From a virus: a stretch of DNA of 64,000 nucleotides. Shown here one piece after another: positions 57,386 through 64,000 of this stretch. The position numbers and the translations under genes were made by a program. The notes under the pieces were generated by a model, which was not told the DNA's origin, made no database searches, and saw only the letters and a list, made by a program, of their open reading frames with translations. Position 1 is the stretch's first letter, and each line of letters opens with the position of its first letter. The stretch lies in IMG/VR virus record IMGVR_UViG_3300050144_000106; one strand, 5' to 3'.

Positions 57386-57835
57386 AGGGAACCTCAGCGG
57401 TGCTCCAACAGCCTCATCGGGTTGCAGGGGGAACTCCACCCCCAGCTCTGTGGCGGCATACGCCATCGCGCGCAGCACGTAGTCATGCCTGGCGGACAAA
57501 CTCATGCGCGTGGTGCTGCAAGGGCGGCGCACCAAGCGCCCACCTTCGCGCACAAACTCCACGCCCAGCAACGCCTCCTTCAGGTGCTCATGCCACACCC
57601 TTGGGAGATACCGCTGCCCCTCTACGCGCACTTGCTCGCTGATTTGGCCCAAGACGTGGCCCCAGTAAAACCGCAGCAAAGGCACCTCCCACGGCGAGGA
57701 TGCTTCTTGCACAACGATTTGCACTTTGCCCACGCCCGAGGCCAGCAGCTCGCGCGCCAGTTGGTACGCGGCTTTGGCTGCTGCATGGGCGGCTCGGCGG
57801 TCAGCCACAACCACTTCCATCAGCGGCTCGGTCAT
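57371..57835 (-). CDS. NinB/Orf-like recombination mediator (154 aa)
   Basis: Start at ATG 57835 (ATGA overlap). KVQIVVQE...PLLRFYWGHVLGQISEQV...W...LK...STTRMS......Y....AYATELGVEF parallels lambda NinB as I remember it. Confidence 0.5.
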   Translation of the reverse strand: MTEPLMEVVVADRRAAHAAAKAAYQLARELLASGVGKVQIVVQEASSPWEVPLLRFYWGHVLGQISEQVRVEGQRYLPRVWHEHLKEALLGVEFVREGGRLVRRPCSTTRMSLSARHDYVLRAMAYAATELGVEFPLQPDEAVGAPLRFPSASS

Positions 57836-58335
57836 GGCTTGGCCTTCACCTTCGCAGCCAGCACGCTCGGGACAGCAACCGCACGGCCCAACACCAGCAT
57901 CCCAGCATCCCGGCCGTGGTTGCTGGTGCGTTTTTCCCACCGAGCCAGGCGCGCGAAGGTGTCCGGGTTGACCTTGGCGCCCTTCTGCTGCGGGGACATC
58001 GCAAGGCATGGGATGCCCATGTCCTCGCAGAAATCGGCCAGGATGGTGCAGTCCCGCTTGATGCTGCCAGCACCTTGCTTGCGTGCATCGTCTGCGGCTG
58101 AACCTCGGACGGTGCCAAAGAACGTGCGCAGCCGGGCATCCTCAAACACCACGTAAGCCAGCCAGCCCTCACACCAGCCTTGGCGAAGATCGTGCAACAC
58201 GCGGTGGATTTTGCTGGTCTCCACTGCCACCATCTTTTGCTCTGCGGCATCCCACTTGGCGTACCCAGTTTGCACGCCAGGATCAATCCCGGCCACGATG
58301 TTTCGAGTGTGTGGGGGGGGGTGAAGGGAAGTCAT
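57832..58335 (-). CDS. RuvC-like Holliday junction resolvase (167 aa)
   Basis: IVAGIDPGVQTGYA near the N-terminus and NHGRDAGMLVLG near the C-terminus. Start at ATG 58335 with ATGA overlap. Confidence 0.6.
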   Translation of the reverse strand: MTSLHPPPHTRNIVAGIDPGVQTGYAKWDAAEQKMVAVETSKIHRVLHDLRQGWCEGWLAYVVFEDARLRTFFGTVRGSAADDARKQGAGSIKRDCTILADFCEDMGIPCLAMSPQQKGAKVNPDTFARLARWEKRTSNHGRDAGMLVLGRAVAVPSVLAAKVKAKP

Positions 58336-58730
58336 GCTGCGCCCTCCACCTGAAGGCGAATGGCATCGGACCAGGGCAAGCCTGCTTCCACCAGCGCCGC
58401 AATCCGCCATCGCGTTGGCGCATCGATGTCATGCCAAAGGCAGCAGTCAGCAGCGTCCTCCAGGGCTGCATACTTTCGGCCGCAAACCGGGCATTCGCAA
58501 GCGGACTTAGCGACTTCGCCGCCTTCATCATCCTCGCAGCAGGAGGCGGCATCGTCTTCCGTGTCGTGCAGCTCACTGCACTCTGGGCACCGGTACTGAA
58601 CGACCATCTCGATCCGCCTGGATTTGCTCGGCTCGGTTTTCTTTGGCGCAGTTGCATTTGCCTCAGCCTGGCTAAGCGGAGGGCGCAGGCCAGCAAGGCC
58701 AGCCGAAATCAACGGAGAAAGCCGGATCAT
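58332..58730 (-). CDS. Cys-rich zinc-ribbon protein (132 aa)
   Basis: CPEC...CC...CECPVC...CC. ATGA overlaps at both ends. Confidence 0.5.
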   Translation of the reverse strand: MIRLSPLISAGLAGLRPPLSQAEANATAPKKTEPSKSRRIEMVVQYRCPECSELHDTEDDAASCCEDDEGGEVAKSACECPVCGRKYAALEDAADCCLWHDIDAPTRWRIAALVEAGLPWSDAIRLQVEGAA

Positions 58731-59389
58731 GCGGCACCGCCTTTGGCATCGGACACTTTTGCAGCGTCATAGGTCATCACAGCCCATCGCAGCGCAAAGC
58801 AGCACCACTCAAAACGAGGCGTCCAGCGTTTGCAATCTGGAAATTCACTGGTGTCGAGACAAATATCCTTCCTGACACGTCTTTGATGCAAGAACCAGTG
58901 GTTCCAATTGAAGACGGCCTGCATAGCCAGGCTCTCACCATCATGGGCTTTGTCGCGTAACTCCCCGAGGTCGCACCACAACTCCCATCGCTGGCTCACG
59001 GCCATGTCTCGACCATACCGAACCAGCAGCTTGCGGCGCTGCACAGTGATCTCGCGCCGAAATGCACATGGGTCAAACTCCGTAACCCCGCTACGGTCGA
59101 TCCCCTCCAGCTTCCCCTGCCAATACCGGCGATCGATTCCGCGAAATGGGTCTTCTGCTGCGCGCTCACTTGGGCGAAAGAAGTCAAGCATGTCGTGCGT
59201 GCGCTTAAACACAAACGTGCCCATGTCGCCACAGTAGCAGAGGTATCCAGGCCAAGTGATAAGGTCAAAACGCATGCAGCTTGTGTCTGGCCTAGAAAAC
59301 CGCAGGTGCCGGTAAACATCGTCCTCACGCAAGATGGTCAGCCGGTGGTCGGCCACCTCCTTGAGGAACTGATCTTTGGTGAGGCTCAT
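58727..59389 (-). CDS. Hypothetical early protein (220 aa)
   Basis: Start at ATG 59389 (ATGA overlap). Trp/Cys-rich. The upstream part of track ORF 58727..59779 is judged spurious. Confidence 0.55.
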   Translation of the reverse strand: MSLTKDQFLKEVADHRLTILREDDVYRHLRFSRPDTSCMRFDLITWPGYLCYCGDMGTFVFKRTHDMLDFFRPSERAAEDPFRGIDRRYWQGKLEGIDRSGVTEFDPCAFRREITVQRRKLLVRYGRDMAVSQRWELWCDLGELRDKAHDGESLAMQAVFNWNHWFLHQRRVRKDICLDTSEFPDCKRWTPRFEWCCFALRWAVMTYDAAKVSDAKGGAA

Positions 59390-59847
59390 GCAGCACCACC
59401 TTTCTCGCCAGCACCCGTATCCCGCTGCGCGATCATCCGGGCACGCGCCGCCTTGGCAATCTCCAGGCCTTTCGGCAAAGAGTCCCGCCAAGGGCCGCTT
59501 ACATGCCCCAGCACAATCGGGAACATCGGCATGCGCCGCACGCGCACATTCAATTCCATCCGCCCACTGGGGCGTTGCACCAAGAACACGCCGGGCACGC
59601 CCAGCGGCTCGCGCTTGTCCTCGCGCTCGTAGTGCCTGAAGTAGCCGCCGTGGTCTTCGTTTTGCCACGGCAGTTGCTCCAAGCGATGGGCGCATGCCGC
59701 CTGGTGGGCGCCAGCAATGCCGCCGTGAGATGCGTCCGAGAAAAACAGCGTGGCCTCGCCCGGCAGGTAGGTCTGCCAACCCCCTTCAACCCGGCGCACG
59801 TAGCGCGGGGATGCGAACTCGCACTCGTCAACAAAGGTGCTTCTCAT
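59386..59847 (-). CDS. AP2-like DNA-binding protein (153 aa); paralog of 7324..7785
   Basis: MRSTFVDECEFASPRYVRRVEGGWQTYLPG...YEREDKREPLGVPGVFLV has the same length and motif order as the 7324 gene. Confidence 0.6.
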   Translation of the reverse strand: MRSTFVDECEFASPRYVRRVEGGWQTYLPGEATLFFSDASHGGIAGAHQAACAHRLEQLPWQNEDHGGYFRHYEREDKREPLGVPGVFLVQRPSGRMELNVRVRRMPMFPIVLGHVSGPWRDSLPKGLEIAKAARARMIAQRDTGAGEKGGAA

Positions 59848-60026
59848 GCTGCTACCCCCTGAACGAAGGCAAAGGAAAGGCCAAACATTTGGTGGGCGGC
59901 TTGCATGCTCATGGAGTTCTTGAAGGCGGTTTTTTGAGGGGTTGATGTGGGTTTTGCGTAGCGCTTGCTGCGATCTAGGCAATGCAGCGGCCTGACCGGC
60001 AGTGCCGGCCCAAGGTTTTTGCTCAT
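59844..60026 (-). CDS. Possible small ORF (60 aa)
   Basis: ATGA overlap with the downstream gene. The start is 4 nt after the upstream stop. No SD. Confidence 0.3.
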   Translation of the reverse strand: MSKNLGPALPVRPLHCLDRSKRYAKPTSTPQKTAFKNSMSMQAAHQMFGLSFAFVQGVAA

Positions 60027-60030
60027 GGGG

Positions 60031-60489
60031 TCAGCCCTGTGGTGTGGGGAAGAGGTCAGTCTTTGCGCAGGGCGCAGGGGCATGCGGCGCTAGCGGCTCA
60101 ACAACAAGGGTCAGGTCGAGGCCTTCAGGCGGCTCGCCCCAGGCGATGCGGGGCACTGGCCGGCGCATGGCTTCGCGGGTCAGGACGGTGGCCACGCGCA
60201 CGGCCAGGGCAGCGCTGCGGCGCTCTTGCTCCACGCTGAGTAGCTCGAAAACATCGTGCCCCGCCAAGCCATGCGGCCCGCTGGCTTGCTGCTGAGCTAG
60301 CGCCAACATGGCGAGAGCGGTAGCGCCATCGTCCGCGTGCAGGGCTTGCAAGGCCAGGTCGAGCGAGCCATCCCGCTGGAGAGTCGCCAAACAGCCATTG
60401 GCCGCCCACACCGGGAACAGACCGGCGATAAAGCTGGCCAGGTACTCGGCCGCCAGGGCGAAGGGGGGAGAAGTGGTAGCGGCGCTCAT
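60031..60489 (-). CDS. Hypothetical early protein (152 aa)
   Basis: ATGA overlap with the upstream gene. Confidence 0.5.
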   Translation of the reverse strand: MSAATTSPPFALAAEYLASFIAGLFPVWAANGCLATLQRDGSLDLALQALHADDGATALAMLALAQQQASGPHGLAGHDVFELLSVEQERRSAALAVRVATVLTREAMRRPVPRIAWGEPPEGLDLTLVVEPLAPHAPAPCAKTDLFPTPQG

Positions 60490-60884
60490 GCGGGGACTCC
60501 TTGCGTTTGCCCAGCGTGGCCGGCTTTGCTATCGCATTTCGAGCATGCGGCGGCCTGGGCGGCGGCAGCTCTTTTCGCGCACCAATCCTCAAATAGCAAC
60601 TTTTCGATAGTGCGGCTCAGGCCTTGCAGCAGCGCATCCCCAGCCAAAGGGTAGTAAGTCAGTGTTATGGCCGTGATGTCGCCTTTAGGGGCATGCTTCT
60701 TGGTCAGGGCCTCAGTCATCCCTGCGGCCTCCAACAGCATCAGCGCCACGGCGCGCATATGCTCCGGGGTTGCCTGTACAGAGGCTTGTCCAAAGTGCAA
60801 GACTGGCAGGCCAAACTCGCACAATGGGGCGCCGTTAGGCCAGGTGCTGCGCACGCGCATCCCTTTACCGAAGAACTTGTTCAT
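60486..60884 (-). CDS. Hypothetical early protein (132 aa)
   Basis: Start at ATG 60884 (ATGA overlap with the ant stop). Confidence 0.5.
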   Translation of the reverse strand: MNKFFGKGMRVRSTWPNGAPLCEFGLPVLHFGQASVQATPEHMRAVALMLLEAAGMTEALTKKHAPKGDITAITLTYYPLAGDALLQGLSRTIEKLLFEDWCAKRAAAAQAAACSKCDSKAGHAGQTQGVPA

Positions 60885-61714
60885 GCCACACCTCCAACCG
60901 GCTGCATGCGCTGCTTTGCCGTTTGCAGCTTCGCCCACTGCGCTTGCGTAGCAGCTAGCGCGATGGCGTGGCAATCGGCCACCGACAGGTCGCCAACGGA
61001 ACCGCGAATAACGCGCGCCAGCCTTTGCCCCTCACCATCCGGGCTGTTTGCTGTTGCGATGTACGCCGCGTGGCAGGCCGCTTCGGCCACCTCCAGCGCA
61101 TCCGCCTGCGCCACCTGGCCAGTGCGCAGCATGGCAGCTAGCTCGGCCCAAGTGCCCACCACCTCGCCGTTGCGCAGGGTGTGCCCGTCGAAGTTGATCT
61201 CGCCATCCGGAGTGGCGTACAGGCTCACGAAGTACCGCACGTCCTTGGCCGGAACGCCTCGGCTCAGCTGCGCGCACACGCTGCGGCGCACTGCCGCACC
61301 GGCAGCCATCGCCACTTCCATCGCATGCCGCCGGGTGTTGCGGTCAGGCGTGGCGTACTGCCCCGTCTTGCGGATGGCGGGCAGCACCACGGAGGTCACC
61401 CACTTCTTGAAGCGCTTGGCCTCGGGCTTGCGGCTGCCAAGGATCAGGCTGTAGAGGCCGGATTCGTTGATGAGGTTGACCAGGTCGTTGCCGCGCGAGA
61501 TGCCCTGAATTGAAATCAGGGCTTGTTCATCCTCATCCAGCCGATCCAGGGCTCGCGTCGTGTTCGGAAGATCAAGCGCTGCGCACACATCCGCAGCGAC
61601 GAACCAAGGTTCGCCGTCACGCAATACGGCGCGCACGGTGTGGGAATCGAACGGGAAGGCGAGCGCCGAAGCTGCCCCCGCCTGGGGCGTGCTAACTGCA
61701 CAGATAGAATTCAT
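60881..61714 (-). CDS. ant: Antirepressor with Bro-N domain (277 aa)
   Basis: FPFDSHTVRAVLRDGEPWFVAADVCAALDL...ESGLYSLILGSRKPEAKRFKKWVTSVVLP is a classical Bro-N pattern. Confidence 0.75.
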   Translation of the reverse strand: MNSICAVSTPQAGAASALAFPFDSHTVRAVLRDGEPWFVAADVCAALDLPNTTRALDRLDEDEQALISIQGISRGNDLVNLINESGLYSLILGSRKPEAKRFKKWVTSVVLPAIRKTGQYATPDRNTRRHAMEVAMAAGAAVRRSVCAQLSRGVPAKDVRYFVSLYATPDGEINFDGHTLRNGEVVGTWAELAAMLRTGQVAQADALEVAEAACHAAYIATANSPDGEGQRLARVIRGSVGDLSVADCHAIALAATQAQWAKLQTAKQRMQPVGGVA

Positions 61715-61748
61715 GGCGTGGATCCTTTGCTTTGCTTGCCTGGGGTTC

Positions 61749-61976
61749 TCACTCAGACGCCCCGACGGTTCCAGCCGTCGGGGCGTTTTCTTTTAGGCGT
61801 CGAAACTCTTCGCGGCCATCGCCAAAGCATTTACGTTCGTCGTCTTGCGCTTTTTCAATCAAGCGCAAAAGCCAACTGTTTACGCTCATGCGCTCTTTCT
61901 TGGCTTGGGATCGAACCCACGCTTTGATGTCTGGCGGCATGCGCAGACCAAAGGGGGTGATTGGTTTGTTGCTCAT
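61749..61976 (-). CDS. Arc/MetJ-type ribbon-helix-helix repressor (75 aa)
   Basis: PFGLRMPPDIKAWVRSQAKKERMSVNSWLLRLIEKA. It lies immediately upstream of ant. Confidence 0.7.
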   Translation of the reverse strand: MSNKPITPFGLRMPPDIKAWVRSQAKKERMSVNSWLLRLIEKAQDDERKCFGDGREEFRRLKENAPTAGTVGASE

Positions 61977-61990
61977 CGCGTCTCCTGCGG

Positions 61991-62039
61991 CTTCACCATG
62001 AAGCTGCGTGCAACGATGATACCCGGCTTCACTTTGAAG
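61991..62039. promoter_or_regulatory. Candidate operators in the divergent arc-like / mnt-like intergenic region
   Basis: Two 13-bp palindromes, CTTCAC-C-ATGAAG (61991-62003) and CTTCAC-T-TTGAAG (62027-62039), each preceded by CGG. A third GTGAAG half-site lies at about 62051-62056. Confidence 0.5.
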
Positions 62040-62077
62040 TCAACATCACAGTGAAGTCGTGACGTAGGATTTGCAAC

Positions 62078-62524
62078 ATGGCAAACCAAGACGATTTCAT
62101 CCGCACGGCCCTGAGAGTTCCTCCAAGTCTGCACAAACAGCTACACGATGCAGCGAAGACGGCAAACAGGACATTCAATGCCGAAATCGTGGATAGGCTG
62201 CAAGCCAGCTTTCAACCGCCCGCCGGCGTCAGCCAAGGTCAGGGCGAGGCATGGGAAGGATTGGCCAGCCAGCTTATGCAAGCGCAGCGCACAGCAGCTC
62301 GGTCGGGGGTGGCCTTGGTGAACGCAGTCGCCGCGCTAAAGAAACAGGGCTTCGCTGACGAAGAGCTGCTAGCCGATTGGCAGGAGCGCGCGCTGGACGG
62401 GGCGATGCAGGCAGTGAACATGCTCCCAGTCAACTTGGCAGATCTGGAAGACTTGGTGCGCCGGATTCGTGAAGGCAAGGCCGCGCCGCCTTGGATAAGC
62501 GACAACCCAATAAACCACAGGTAG
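62078..62524 (+). CDS. Mnt-like ribbon-helix-helix repressor (148 aa)
   Basis: FIRTALRVPPSLHKQLHDAAKTANRTFNAEIVDRLQASF. Divergent from the arc-like/ant operon. Confidence 0.65.
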   Translation: MANQDDFIRTALRVPPSLHKQLHDAAKTANRTFNAEIVDRLQASFQPPAGVSQGQGEAWEGLASQLMQAQRTAARSGVALVNAVAALKKQGFADEELLADWQERALDGAMQAVNMLPVNLADLEDLVRRIREGKAAPPWISDNPINHR

Positions 62525-62529
62525 ATGCG

Positions 62530-63498
62530 ATGCTTCATAAACTCACAATATGCACCACCGCATATTTATTCGCACTTCCATCATTTGCAATAAATGAAAC
62601 GCAAAAATCAATAATTGACAGCAGGGTGTTATCATGCAAAATAATATATTGCACAAATACAATGTTATTTAATAGATGCTCGGGCGATCTTGCAAAATGC
62701 TTTGATGGGACAATTACATCCAGCATTTCCGAGTTTTCATTAACTGATCCAGGCGCAATTTGCGGAGACCCAGCTGCACCAGTATTCACATCACCAAAAG
62801 GCGACTACGGGCATGAGCGATGCATGTCAACCGCCCGAACTGAAATTGCAAACATTTCAGAAAAAAAAGCTAGGGCAACGGCTGAAGCAATGGCAGCAGA
62901 GTCGGCCAAGCTAAAAGCAGAAGAAGAGCGAAGGGCCGAGCGTATTCGTCGAGAACGCGAGGCAGAAGACCTTAGAAAAGCAGAAGAAGAAAAACGATTG
63001 GCCGATATTGAAGAGCGCGCCAAAGAGGGTTTGCGCATAGCGCAACAAGCGGCCAAGGCTGCATCAGCGGCCGAATCAGAAAAAATTGAATCTCGCAGAA
63101 AACTACGCGAAGAAATTGCCAAAGTTGGCCCCAAGCAAGGAAACCCAACAACAGAAAGCATGTCAACCATTGCCGCAACTCTTGGCAACGCCTATCGCAA
63201 GAGTGGAACAGCCGGCATGCTGCTTGTTGAAGAGAACTGCTGGAAAAAGGCATCCAGGGGCGATGAATTTGCATTCACTCAATGTGTTAAGTTTTTTGGG
63301 GTTCTAGCGGTTATTGATGGGGCTAAAGCAAATCAAGAAAGACGGCCGATAAACTACGGGGTGGCGCAGGGAAAAATTCGAGTTGTGGAGAACGGACAGA
63401 AAATGGGTTTTGCTAAACAACGAATTGATGACCTTATGGCGTGGGTTTTAGTTGACTATGAAAAGATAATTGCCGCCGCAATGTCTACAGGGTTATAG
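62530..63498 (+). CDS. Secreted/periplasmic coiled-coil protein (322 aa), AT-rich moron
   Basis: Start at ATG 62530. Signal-peptide-like MLHKLTICTTAYLFALPSFA, a Glu/Lys/Arg/Ala-rich coiled coil, and a globular C-domain. Confidence 0.65.
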   Translation: MLHKLTICTTAYLFALPSFAINETQKSIIDSRVLSCKIIYCTNTMLFNRCSGDLAKCFDGTITSSISEFSLTDPGAICGDPAAPVFTSPKGDYGHERCMSTARTEIANISEKKARATAEAMAAESAKLKAEEERRAERIRREREAEDLRKAEEEKRLADIEERAKEGLRIAQQAAKAASAAESEKIESRRKLREEIAKVGPKQGNPTTESMSTIAATLGNAYRKSGTAGMLLVEENCWKKASRGDEFAFTQCVKFFGVLAVIDGAKANQERRPINYGVAQGKIRVVENGQKMGFAKQRIDDLMAWVLVDYEKIIAAAMSTGL

Positions 63499-64000
63499 GC
63501 AGCGCTCCTTTTCAAACCCCCACACCTGAAACACGTTATAGGTCAGCTTGTGTAACCCCTTGACCGTCACCAGCAGCGAATCACGCACCGCACCATCCCT
63601 GCCAGTCCGGGGCTGGTGCTCGAAGTAGCCCCGCTCCATCGTGTAGGCTGATGCCTTCAAGCTGCCTTGCCGGCCGTCTGCCAAATCCCGCCGGTAGAGC
63701 CACCCCACCTCGATCAGCTTGCGGATCAGCGCACGCTCACCAACCCCGATGTTCTTGGCTGCATCGCGGATGCACATGCACCCCGGTCGGTGGTGCAGGT
63801 CATCGAAGACGGCCGCCTTGGGCACCGTCACCGCAAGCACCTTGGCCTGCTGGGCGGTTTCCTGCTCCAGCGCCTGACGACGCTCAAACTCAGCCGCCCA
63901 GGCGCGGGCTGCCGCCGCCGGGTTGGTGAAGTCAGGCAAGGCTGGCGTGGCGGGATGCGCTGCCTTGGCGCGACGCTCGCACTCGATGAAGTACAGACGG
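63493..64000 (-). CDS. Antirepressor-type protein with KilAC domain; 5' end beyond the window
   Basis: The track lists 63493..63939 (TTG start). The frame stays open to position 64000, reading ...RLYFIECERRAKAAH... (Ant-type motif). The KilAC-like part reads PKAAVFDDL...IRDAAKNIGVGERALIRKLIEVGWLYRR. Confidence 0.6.
   Translation of the reverse strand, partial: RLYFIECERRAKAAHPATPALPDFTNPAAAARAWAAEFERRQALEQETAQQAKVLAVTVPKAAVFDDLHHRPGCMCIRDAAKNIGVGERALIRKLIEVGWLYRRDLADGRQGSLKASAYTMERGYFEHQPRTGRDGAVRDSLLVTVKGLHKLTYNVFQVWGFEKERCL

Overview
GC-rich, proteobacterial-type DNA in two parts. (1) Positions 1-1677 are the end of an integron-type gene-cassette array. Four attC (59-be) sites with the canonical R''-L''/L'-R' layout separate small cassettes. 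The credible cassette ORFs all lie on the opposite strand, and no integron integrase is in the window. (2) From about 1.99 kb to the right edge lies one large temperate, contractile-tailed phage (or phage-plasmid) in a non-integrated gene order. A rightward early operon runs from 1.99 kb and ends in a tyrosine integrase at 11.9-13.0 kb. It encodes hypotheticals, an ERF-YqaJ fused annealase/exonuclease, a coiled-coil protein, RdgC, a Zn-ribbon protein, an AP2-like protein, a membrane protein, a DUF927-like protein, small paralogs and a PrtN-like Xis candidate. About 42 kb of leftward late genes follow: terS-terL at 55.3-52.8 kb, then directly baseplate W/J/I-like genes and a tail fibre, candidate head genes, a P1 Dar-like pair of giant proteins (1291 and 2199 aa), embedded Rz/Rz1 spanins, portal, a lysozyme-domain tape-measure-like protein, a gpV-type spike, sheath and a gp19-like tube. 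A leftward nin-like early region (NinB-like, RuvC-like) carries a P22 immI-like arc/ant/mnt module at 60.9-62.5 kb. Visibly AT-richer accessory insertions sit at about 21.3-22.6, 38.5-39.6, 56.2-57.4 and 62.5-63.5 kb. The most notable items are the attC array touching or inside a phage, five T5-loop palindromic hairpins at 43.5-44.0 kb, the Dar-like locus with an orphan AT-rich gene, and the ERF-exonuclease fusion. All functional calls come from motif recognition by eye on the supplied ORF translations. No database search or computation was possible.
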